Below are positions 18,130 through 26,259 of a DNA stretch of 64,000 nucleotides, one piece after another. Position 1 is the first letter of the stretch. Every line of letters begins with the position of its first letter. Under the pieces are notes generated by a model. The model worked only from the letters and a program-made list of their open reading frames with translations, was not told where the DNA came from and ran no database searches. The DNA is taken from positions 310,001-374,000 of the IMG/VR virus record IMGVR_UViG_3300028840_002431. One strand, given 5' to 3'. The translations under genes were made by a program, and so were the position numbers.

Positions 18130-18971
18130 GGGAACATCGACGGAATAGCTACGTAACCACCAACCGGTTTCTTGCATTTAGGACAACGCGCCCTCTTAGA
18201 GACTATAGTGTTGAACTCCCCGCATGTCTCACAGGAGTAGTTCCCTATAACATCCCACGTCAATCGAAAATGAGTGGGCAACGGCAACAACTCGAACACT
18301 TCTTGTCGAGAGAACATCCCCGCTAAGTATATTTCCGGCCCTATACGATGCGGTACAACATGCGTCCAATTCGGGTGTGAGAAAAGACGGGCACTGTTCA
18401 CCCAGTAAAAAGATCCGCTAAACATCCATACATTCTCAGGGACCGGTAGCCCAACCGAAGACATAGAACCAAGCATTTTCTCTGACGGTTTCCCCCAAAA
18501 AGAGCCGCACGCGGCATACTTCGTTAAAATAGATTCGATCTTACCCACGTCGTGCAAACACTCGTGGTACATCCTGTTTCGCAATTGCCGCAAAGCTATC
18601 ATGTGGTGTTCGAAGCTCTCGCAAGGGTACGACTCGATCTCTTCACGGCGTTGGGGGTGCGTCACACCTTTATCATGAGCGTAAAATATAGCCTCGTCGG
18701 GATTCGAGGACTTGAGCATCGACAGGATGTCTATGAACCCAGCCGCTTCGTGTTGGCCAGGGTGGTTTGGTAGCTCTATGTATTCCACGTCCCTAACCCC
18801 GAACTCTGCCTTTACGGCGTCCGCAGACTCCAAACCCTCTCCGGTTCGTACAACCATGAGCCGACGGTTGTTGAAGGCGTCCATATACCGGCGTAACCAT
18901 CTAAGGTTATCCCGCCAGACCTCCGCGCCAGACTCTAACGGAGCGCAATTGTACACAAGGTTACGCAGCAT
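18126..18971 (-). CDS. RgpF/rhamnan-synthesis-like putative glycosyltransferase with C-terminal Zn ribbon
   Basis: IFYAHDKGVT (HxKG) and FSGSFYW motifs; C-terminal CETC...CPKC. Confidence 0.55.
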   Translation of the reverse strand: MLRNLVYNCAPLESGAEVWRDNLRWLRRYMDAFNNRRLMVVRTGEGLESADAVKAEFGVRDVEYIELPNHPGQHEAAGFIDILSMLKSSNPDEAIFYAHDKGVTHPQRREEIESYPCESFEHHMIALRQLRNRMYHECLHDVGKIESILTKYAACGSFWGKPSEKMLGSMSSVGLPVPENVWMFSGSFYWVNSARLFSHPNWTHVVPHRIGPEIYLAGMFSRQEVFELLPLPTHFRLTWDVIGNYSCETCGEFNTIVSKRARCPKCKKPVGGYVAIPSMFP

Positions 18972-20310
18972 CCTCGTCCTCGTAGTACACCTTGTTCTTT
19001 TCTTGCGGATCTACGATGGTATCGCCCACAGGGCTGTGTAACGTGCCTGTGTGATACTTTAGCCCTATATGAGGCAGCCAGAGCTTCACCCCTTCTTCAC
19101 ACAGGCCCTCGTACGGAACGATCTCAACTTCGGCTCCGTTGGCCTTGAGTTCCGTAATGTTCCTAACGAGGGTCCTATTGCGCGACCCAAGCATCGAGCC
19201 TAAGTCGTTCGTGAAACCATGTTTTTTAATGGCCGACCTCATAGCCGCGATAGGTTCTCTGATCATGACAACACCTGTTATATGGGAGTATCCGGCTCGA
19301 CGTAGGCCGCCCACCCATCCGACAATATTGCCGTGTTGGACCATGACAAACGGCTCGCCTTTGGACACTAGGATTTCTTCTTCTCTCTGTGGTTGCTCGT
19401 CGCCATGAAACCCAATGCAACCGCTTCTGAGCAATATAGAGGCCATCAGCCTATTCCCGCTGGCGACCGGACCGCACACCAGATACGCCGCGTGGATCAA
19501 ACCATGATCACGGAACTCGATAGGTTCTAGCCAGTCATAGCCAAACGGGTGCCACCACATCACCTCACCAGCGAGATGAGGATAGTGTCTTGGTTTTATG
19601 GCAGTCTTCGACAAGATCGACGGGCCGTCCGTAATCCGTTCACAGAAAAAGCTGCCCAAATCGGCCGCGCCGACGATATTGACATAGTGGGTAGACATCA
19701 GCTTCTGCATGATGGGCCAGAAGCGTTTGATGTCGTGATACTCGCCCGCCATGAACCGGATTCTCTTGAGCGTCTTCTCAGACGCAGACCCCAGAAAACT
19801 ACACTCCGCCCCCTCACTATCTGTCTTTAAATAATCTAGCTCCTCTCCCTCGTTCACTATGTCGTTCAACGCCTCTTCCAGAGTTTTGCACGCCACGGTG
19901 TCCGCCAGTTCTTTGTGGTTTCCCCCACTGGCTACCCCGGCTGGCGCGATGAAAGAGCCGCCTTCGTACCCAGGACCGCCATCCGGTAAGCCTAGGTACA
20001 CATGTAAGGGGCCTTGACCCCCTCGCGGAACCTCTCCAAAATCATCCTGGTACAAATGTGCCGCTGTCACAGCCTCTGAGCGGATCTGTACCTGTTTGAG
20101 ACCTTGCGTTTTGGACCGCGCCTTTTGCGCGTATCTCTCTACTGGTTCATAAGACACGATACGTGCTTCTGGAAAGCATTTCGCCATCTCGATGGTGATA
20201 TCACCGACGTTCGCACCCACCTCTAAAATGGTCCTGATAGGCGGCCCTTTCTGTGCGTCTACGAACCGTCGGATCGTGTAATATTTGTAACAGGCATTGC
20301 CTTCCATCAC
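18961..20310 (-). CDS. fusion: FkbM-family methyltransferase plus sulfotransferase-like domain
   Basis: LEVGANVG, YEP, LKTDSEGAE, GEYH (FkbM); then VCGPVASGNRLM, IREPIAAMRS, VPYEGL (5'PSB, 3'PB and YEDL-like motifs). Confidence 0.75.
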   Translation of the reverse strand: MMEGNACYKYYTIRRFVDAQKGPPIRTILEVGANVGDITIEMAKCFPEARIVSYEPVERYAQKARSKTQGLKQVQIRSEAVTAAHLYQDDFGEVPRGGQGPLHVYLGLPDGGPGYEGGSFIAPAGVASGGNHKELADTVACKTLEEALNDIVNEGEELDYLKTDSEGAECSFLGSASEKTLKRIRFMAGEYHDIKRFWPIMQKLMSTHYVNIVGAADLGSFFCERITDGPSILSKTAIKPRHYPHLAGEVMWWHPFGYDWLEPIEFRDHGLIHAAYLVCGPVASGNRLMASILLRSGCIGFHGDEQPQREEEILVSKGEPFVMVQHGNIVGWVGGLRRAGYSHITGVVMIREPIAAMRSAIKKHGFTNDLGSMLGSRNRTLVRNITELKANGAEVEIVPYEGLCEEGVKLWLPHIGLKYHTGTLHSPVGDTIVDPQEKNKVYYEDEDAA

Positions 20311-21050
20311 TTACCCCACTTAAATCTGTCTTCTACGTCCCAACGAATATGATCTTCTACCAACTGTTGGGGAGAAAGAGTCTTGATGTTACCCACCATG
20401 TGCTCAAACTTATAATCCCCCCATGTGTAGGTGACACGACCATCCGTCGCCACACAGATGCTCTTACCGCCTCCGTAGACCGGGTCCCACTTATACAAGG
20501 GGCGCGATGCTTGGTACGTTATGTTAGGGGCCGTTATCTCAAAACCGCGCCAGTCGTCCGAAAAAGATACGACATGGATGTTGTCAAATTCAGCGTGCCG
20601 ATCGAGCAGGTTCAAAAGGTTAGCTTTAGCGGTTGGGTAGTGGTCCGTTCGAGTTCGACGGGCGTATTCTTCTTCCCCTGTCTCGAACATGCTAAACCAT
20701 ACCCGACGTAAGCCGATGTTTTTAAGTTCGGTCAACCGGGCGTCGTTGAGCAAGACTCCGTTGGTACAAAGCCAGACTCTGGTGTTGGGCAACGCGCACA
20801 CACGTTTTAAATAGGCGTCTAGCCCTTTGAACAACAACGGTTCCCCGGCGACGTGTGGGTAGAACCAGAAGGTACAGTCGGGGTTCGCGTGTAACAATTG
20901 CACCACCGCGTCCATGGTCTCCTGGTCCACAAACGGGGGCCGGTCAACTTTTTCCTCCATCCCGCCCACGCACATGGAACACCGGTTCTGACAGTGAGTG
21001 GTAACTTCACTGTAAAGCAACGCTACTCTTGCATCGCAGGTTTCGGTCAC
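20307..21050 (-). CDS. radical SAM protein
   Basis: EVTTHCQNRCSMC (CxxxCxxC), GEPLL, TNGVLL. Confidence 0.9.
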   Translation of the reverse strand: MTETCDARVALLYSEVTTHCQNRCSMCVGGMEEKVDRPPFVDQETMDAVVQLLHANPDCTFWFYPHVAGEPLLFKGLDAYLKRVCALPNTRVWLCTNGVLLNDARLTELKNIGLRRVWFSMFETGEEEYARRTRTDHYPTAKANLLNLLDRHAEFDNIHVVSFSDDWRGFEITAPNITYQASRPLYKWDPVYGGGKSICVATDGRVTYTWGDYKFEHMVGNIKTLSPQQLVEDHIRWDVEDRFKWGK

Positions 21051-21075
21051 AGCACCGCCTATAGGCTAGATTTCT

Positions 21076-21107
21076 CTACGCCAGAATAGCTCCCACCTAC
21101 ACCAGAA
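21076..21107 (-). promoter_or_regulatory. tandem TTCTGGYGTAG motif (21-nt period) upstream of the glycan operon
   Basis: Plus-strand CTACGCCAGAA at 21076-21086 and CTACACCAGAA at 21097-21107, in an intergenic gap. Confidence 0.5.
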
Positions 21108-21115
21108 ACGGGAGA

Positions 21116-21544
21116 CTACGAGTAGTTCGCACCCAGGAGCGTCAAATAAATATCGGTGCCGTCCGAAAAATATTCGATGAGATCAATGGCGTTGATCGAA
21201 GCGGTGATAACATGAGGTGATCCACCGGGCCATTTCACCGAACCGGGGCCTGAGTAAGCCAGTGTGCCGGGCGTGGTCGGTGCTTGCGTGACCTTGATAA
21301 TACCCCGTTGGGCCGTCCGTAGACCACCAACGTTGGTGAAAGAAAGAGTCTCCGCACCGCTGTTGGAGAGCACCAGTTCGATGTCCGTGGCGTCCCGCAT
21401 GTCGTAGGTGAAAGTGCTTCCCGACACTGTGAGAGTCGCCATAACACGCTGAAGAATGGCAACCGCCGCGTTAGGGGCCGCCCCACGCGGAACTTCACCA
21501 GAAGCAAGTTGCGCTGCCGTCGCTACCGAAAATCGCCTAGCCAT
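21116..21544 (-). CDS. small phage tail-fibre-associated beta-sandwich protein
   Basis: LSFTNV...GIIKVTQ...VKWPGG.P...AIDLIEYFSDGT pattern, seen in phage fibre-tip domains. Confidence 0.6.
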   Translation of the reverse strand: MARRFSVATAAQLASGEVPRGAAPNAAVAILQRVMATLTVSGSTFTYDMRDATDIELVLSNSGAETLSFTNVGGLRTAQRGIIKVTQAPTTPGTLAYSGPGSVKWPGGSPHVITASINAIDLIEYFSDGTDIYLTLLGANYS

Positions 21545-24209
21545 GTTCGCTTACCTCCATCTGGCAACGCCACTCAATCGTTTTACTTGCCTCGCCAGTG
21601 ACCTGAACTTGAATATCTTGGCTACTGATATTGAACGTCACATCCCAGGCTGCCTGATCCTCGTAGCTGATCACGAAGTTCTCGTCCTTGCTCGTGACAA
21701 CACTGCCGCTACTCCGCTCGAACAGGGCCTCGACCACATACTTGGCGGAGTCCCCGACGGTCCCCACACCAGCACTCTGACGCGCAAATACCGTAACCTT
21801 CATGGAGATTGCCTTGGAGTCGGCAAGCGTCGAGTAGGTAACGATCGTGTTAGCGCCAGCACCAGTTGTTTGGAGCGTGGCGTCGCCAAGAGTGTCGCCG
21901 TTTCCTCCAACATTCTGCCACGCGGTGCCATTGTGGAGCCGAACATGGCCGACACCAGCCGAGTGGCTGGCGTTCGTCGTGATGATATCGCCACTAACAC
22001 CGGAAGAAGGATCAGCGTCCTGTGGTTGTATATGAAGTGCTGAGCGTACCGGAGAACCGCCCGTGTCTCCGTGGGCTTCAACACCGTAGCCGCCAGCACC
22101 GCCCGTGCCTTTGACACCTGTCCCGCCAGCACCGGAACCGTCGCCAGCACCGCCTTGTCCTTTGACGCCGATACCGCCGTTCTGGTTACTGGCAGCCGCG
22201 CCGTCACCAGCATTACCGACTACGCCAGTGCCACCATCACCGCTGTCATTATCAGCACCTGTGCCTTCAACTCCATCGCCACCCTTATTTGTACCAAACG
22301 TTGACCCGCCGCCACCTATGAACCAACCGCCAAGACCGCCGTTAGGACCACCTGTCCCACCAACACCAATAGCGCTCGAAGAAGAGGTAGCGACATTACC
22401 AAGGCCCATTACGCCGAAACCGAATTGATCTGTGCCTTCGGTTTCTCCAAGAACTCCTACGGAGTAGTTGGGAGAACCACCGGCATCTTCTGACACTCCG
22501 TGGATAGCGCCTACAGATCCCGCAAGAACGAGAGCGGGCGCAACACCAGAACCGGCACTAGGTGTCTTACCAACGACGCCAAGGCCGTTTGTGCCACCCC
22601 CCGTCCCGGTCACACCCGCACCACTTACTCCGGTACCCGTCGCGGCTGCACCTGTTCCAACAACGCCGGTACCACCGTCATTGTTGCCCGTACCAGAGGC
22701 GTTGGAGCCGATACCTTCGACGCCGGTACCGCCATCGTTATCACCGGTAGGAGTCCCGCCAGTACCCTTAACTCCTATGCCAGCACCGTTGCCACCGTAG
22801 CCATGGACACCCGGACCGGCGGAGCTGCCGCCAGTCCCTCGAACACCTGCGTGTGTCCCGGCACCAGCGCCGGTAATACCTATGTCGCCCGACGAAATTG
22901 CTGTCACAGCAACGTTGTTAGTAGACGTTGCGTAGACGCCATAGTGACCCGTACTAGCCCCATGGACTCCGATTCCGGTTGTGCCGGTGCCCTTAACACC
23001 AGTACCGCCTCCGCCGCCTACGCCCTCGACGCCGGTACCGTTGCCGGAAGCACCGCCTTCGCCATACACACCTTGAGAGGCCGGGGTGGGGACGGGTGTT
23101 AGAAAGTCTCCACCACCAATGACACCAATGCCGTTAGTACTGCCACCTCTGCCAGAAACGCCGGGTCCAGTGCCCGCACCGGAGCCTCGAACGCCTCCCG
23201 CTCCGGAGGCAGTACCCTCACCGTGAACACCGAAGCTCGACGCCGAAAAAGTGAACCCCCGGACGCCATACGTCAGCGACGAAGTCCCATCAACACCATA
23301 GTGGTTAGTGGATTCTCCTCTAACACCCTGTGCCGATGAGCCTACTCCCTTAATCGCGATACCTGATCCGGTGCCAATACCTTCAACACCAATGCCGTGA
23401 GGAGCACCGCCCGTGCCTTTGACACCCGTTCCGGTAGATGTGCCGCCCGTACCCTCAACACCGACCCCGGAACCAGCGCCCGTACCTTTGACACCAATGC
23501 CGTTAGAAGCACCGCCCGTGCCTTTGACACCAATACCGGTGCCAGCGCCTTGGCCTTCAACACCAATGCCGCCAGATGCCCCACCTAAACCATAAACACC
23601 CTGTCCGCCAGAGATCACTGGGACCGGTTGTTGGTCGCCAACGAACATACCACCGACACCGTTAGCACCGCCTCCGATACCGCGTACTCCCTGTAAACTA
23701 CTGCTTGCCCCAGCGGTCCCCACAATACCGGTCCCGGTCTCAGAATGCCCCTGCATCCCGGTTCCGGAGTTAGACTCTCCACGGACGCCTACCGATGTGG
23801 TGGAAACACCCCAAACACCGAAACTATCGGTGGCCGTGCCTTTGACACCCTTACCGGTAGTACCCCCGGCGACCCCTAAAACACCAATGCCGCCGACATC
23901 GCCGCCCGTGCCTTTGATCCCCTCCGAACTACCACCACTACCGCCCGTGCCCTCAACGGCTATTTCACCCACGCTGGGTGTGAAGGTCTGTTTCCGCGTC
24001 CAGGTGTTAGGAACGTTTAACTGCACACCGCCGCCGCCAGCGTCCTGCCACTCGTAAGTTGTGGCGCTGGTCGCGGTCGGAACCTGACCCACTGTGGGGG
24101 GAGCGGCTGCGGCGCTAGATACCGGATCTCCGGTAGTAGCTAACTCCAAGGCTCCGAACTGACCGGGTGCCGGTTTGATCTTGCTTGCTGAGTTATAGCG
24201 ATCGACCAT
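21537..24209 (-). CDS. Gly-rich tail fibre protein
   Basis: NTWTRKQTF, many GxGVxGxG repeats, C-terminal beta domain ending VTGEASKTIEWRC. Confidence 0.7.
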   Translation of the reverse strand: MVDRYNSASKIKPAPGQFGALELATTGDPVSSAAAAPPTVGQVPTATSATTYEWQDAGGGGVQLNVPNTWTRKQTFTPSVGEIAVEGTGGSGGSSEGIKGTGGDVGGIGVLGVAGGTTGKGVKGTATDSFGVWGVSTTSVGVRGESNSGTGMQGHSETGTGIVGTAGASSSLQGVRGIGGGANGVGGMFVGDQQPVPVISGGQGVYGLGGASGGIGVEGQGAGTGIGVKGTGGASNGIGVKGTGAGSGVGVEGTGGTSTGTGVKGTGGAPHGIGVEGIGTGSGIAIKGVGSSAQGVRGESTNHYGVDGTSSLTYGVRGFTFSASSFGVHGEGTASGAGGVRGSGAGTGPGVSGRGGSTNGIGVIGGGDFLTPVPTPASQGVYGEGGASGNGTGVEGVGGGGGTGVKGTGTTGIGVHGASTGHYGVYATSTNNVAVTAISSGDIGITGAGAGTHAGVRGTGGSSAGPGVHGYGGNGAGIGVKGTGGTPTGDNDGGTGVEGIGSNASGTGNNDGGTGVVGTGAAATGTGVSGAGVTGTGGGTNGLGVVGKTPSAGSGVAPALVLAGSVGAIHGVSEDAGGSPNYSVGVLGETEGTDQFGFGVMGLGNVATSSSSAIGVGGTGGPNGGLGGWFIGGGGSTFGTNKGGDGVEGTGADNDSGDGGTGVVGNAGDGAAASNQNGGIGVKGQGGAGDGSGAGGTGVKGTGGAGGYGVEAHGDTGGSPVRSALHIQPQDADPSSGVSGDIITTNASHSAGVGHVRLHNGTAWQNVGGNGDTLGDATLQTTGAGANTIVTYSTLADSKAISMKVTVFARQSAGVGTVGDSAKYVVEALFERSSGSVVTSKDENFVISYEDQAAWDVTFNISSQDIQVQVTGEASKTIEWRCQMEVSEHG

Positions 24210-24211
24210 TG

Positions 24212-24242
24212 TTTATCACTCCCACACTTGGGAAATGATAAA
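24212..24242 (-). promoter_or_regulatory. stem-loop covering the SD of the fibre gene
   Basis: mRNA reads UUUAUCA-UU-UCCCA-AGUG-UGGGA-G-UGAUAAA-CA-AUG. Confidence 0.65.
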
Positions 24243-24252
24243 TGGATCTCCG

Positions 24253-24681
24253 CTACTTAAGACGCGGCCGGAACCGGCACGGGGCGTCCGAGAGAGACCT
24301 CCTAACATGGTCCTGTAGTTGCATCGCCATTTGGGCCTTCAAAAGGCCACGATCAACGCGAATCATCTCGTACCCGGTCGCCTGGAGTCCCACCAAAATA
24401 ACCTCATGGGCCGCGTCTGGCTCACCCTGGCCGCAAGTATAAAAGTCTACCGTGGCGTACCCGTGCTCTGGCCATGTGTGGACGGAGAGGTGCGACTCCT
24501 CAATGACCACGACGCCGGTCACTCCCTGAGGCTCGAAAGGGCGGAATATGGAATCTACAATTCGGGTGTTAGCCGCGTAAGCCGCCCGCATGAGGAGCGT
24601 TTGTATCTCTGACACATCGTCGAGTATAGATTGATTGCACCCCCAGTATTCAACCAAGAGATGTCTACCCCGTGTGTCCAA
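24253..24681 (-). CDS. speD: S-adenosylmethionine decarboxylase proenzyme (class 1B)
   Basis: GRHLLVE, FEPQGVTGVVVIEE-SHLSVHTWPEHGYATVDFYTCG; TTG start with GGAG SD. Confidence 0.92.
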   Translation of the reverse strand: MDTRGRHLLVEYWGCNQSILDDVSEIQTLLMRAAYAANTRIVDSIFRPFEPQGVTGVVVIEESHLSVHTWPEHGYATVDFYTCGQGEPDAAHEVILVGLQATGYEMIRVDRGLLKAQMAMQLQDHVRRSLSDAPCRFRPRLK

Positions 24682-24700
24682 CGCTGTCTCCGCTCAAGCA

Positions 24701-25318
24701 TCAGTAGATCATAGCCCACGAACCCAAGTAGATACGACTACTCGCCAGATTGGTTAGTCCGATCGTAAAAGAAGTTCCTTGGTCAGGAACAGGAACGTTG
24801 AGAACCGCTCCATTGCTGGCAAAGTTAGAAGTGGCCCCATTGAAACTGACGAGACACGCCAGATTGGACCCCGATTCTTCGGAGTACACCCTCCGGAGAC
24901 GTTCGGTCTTATCGTCAGAATCTAAGAACTCGTACTCCTCCCAGATCAAAACGCATTGAGCCACGGGCGCTCCCAGAGGGAATGTGGTCGAAACAAAAAT
25001 CCCACCACCTGGGAGTATGCTGTGGTTAACGAACCCGGAACTCGCCAATAGGCCCTGACTGCTCGACATATCCGCTGTCAGAACATCCAGACACGGATCG
25101 GCCAGGATGTCCGTGAAACCAGCGTAAAAAGACAACAAACCCGCGTACTTCTGAGTCAGAAGGTCTGCAAGATCGGCTGGCTGATCATAGATCGCCACAC
25201 CGTCCGGAACACGGATAAGAGTCGCCCCGGTTGATTCCGTGTCACCGGTCTCCGACGTGACCACGTCGATGACATCGCCGTTGGTCGTGAAAGGGTCTAT
25301 TAGATAGTGAATGGTCAT
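24701..25318 (-). CDS. putative virion structural protein
   Basis: Acidic, beta-rich 205-aa ORF within the tail region. Confidence 0.55.
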   Translation of the reverse strand: MTIHYLIDPFTTNGDVIDVVTSETGDTESTGATLIRVPDGVAIYDQPADLADLLTQKYAGLLSFYAGFTDILADPCLDVLTADMSSSQGLLASSGFVNHSILPGGGIFVSTTFPLGAPVAQCVLIWEEYEFLDSDDKTERLRRVYSEESGSNLACLVSFNGATSNFASNGAVLNVPVPDQGTSFTIGLTNLASSRIYLGSWAMIY

Positions 25319-25323
25319 CGGTT

Positions 25324-25674
25324 CTACGGTGTTTTCTCAGAGTCCTTCTGGCCCGGTTCCGTTACTGTTGGGATTATATTAAAACTAACGCCATCCGGGT
25401 TGAGTTGCCACGACTGACCTTGCTCGTAGCCCAGTTCTTCGGCTATCTCGTTCAGGGTGCTCTGATGCTCAGCTTCGGCTTGTCTCAAAGCTGTCCGTAC
25501 CTTGGTCTCACCCTCTTCGGCCAGCCTGAGTTGGTCTCTTATCTCCCCGACCTGTCTCGCGACTTGCATGTACTCCTGGGATAAATTATCGATCCGGCGA
25601 TTTGCCGCCCCGATGAGAGTAGTCTGGTCCGGGGTCATCTTGACCGTCTCGTTCTTACCGTTTTTCTTCCCCAT
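25324..25674 (-). CDS. coiled-coil protein (fibre-chaperone-like)
   Basis: Long heptad region, located downstream of a fibre gene. Confidence 0.5.
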   Translation of the reverse strand: MGKKNGKNETVKMTPDQTTLIGAANRRIDNLSQEYMQVARQVGEIRDQLRLAEEGETKVRTALRQAEAEHQSTLNEIAEELGYEQGQSWQLNPDGVSFNIIPTVTEPGQKDSEKTP

Positions 25675-25693
25675 CTATATGATCCCTTCTGAT

Positions 25694-26251
25694 CTATATG
25701 TTTATCTGCAAGCCACCTAAGGCCACCCACTCCTCGAAAGAGAGCTTCTCCTGCATCAACCTTCTTGTGGTGTCTTGGTTGTTTTTGTCTCCCAACAAGT
25801 GGAGATGTGACGCTATATTCATCAAGGCCGAGACGTAAGCCATCCCGCTCAGCTTCTTGTGTACACTGTCGCTCAAGATCTTACACAAATTATGAGCCGC
25901 CAGGACAAGACGCCAGTCCGCGTAATCCTCAAGGGTCTTGCCCATCGCATGATGCTGCTTCGACCACAACTGTATGAGCTTAATCTCTTCTGCACTCGCA
26001 TCAACACGCAATGACAGAAGAACTGTCTTCGCCCACGAGTCCTCCAACTTGGCCGCCTGATCCTTAATCAGGTCACAAAGTAGTTGCTTCGTCCGGTCCG
26101 GATAGAAATGCCCCAACGTGAATATGAAATGGACAGGGTTGGCAGTATCGTAAAAATGCCGTTCGTCCTCATACCCTTTGATCTCAGACTTATGAGGAGA
26201 GCAAACCGCCCTCCATTCAGGCAATGACTCCCAGTAATCTACGTTGACCAT
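25694..26251 (-). CDS. helical orphan protein, paralogue of 26260..26889
   Basis: Shares FY..NPV, SA....H and S.EE....GG with its neighbour. Confidence 0.7.
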   Translation of the reverse strand: MVNVDYWESLPEWRAVCSPHKSEIKGYEDERHFYDTANPVHFIFTLGHFYPDRTKQLLCDLIKDQAAKLEDSWAKTVLLSLRVDASAEEIKLIQLWSKQHHAMGKTLEDYADWRLVLAAHNLCKILSDSVHKKLSGMAYVSALMNIASHLHLLGDKNNQDTTRRLMQEKLSFEEWVALGGLQINI

Positions 26252-26259
26252 TCTAGCAC

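Noticed and set aside
14253-21050. Cluster as a DNA hypermodification pathway
   Set aside because: No thymidylate-synthase/hydroxymethylase, TET/JBP or deazaguanine genes in the window, and the enzyme families and location favour surface glycans. Not formally excluded.
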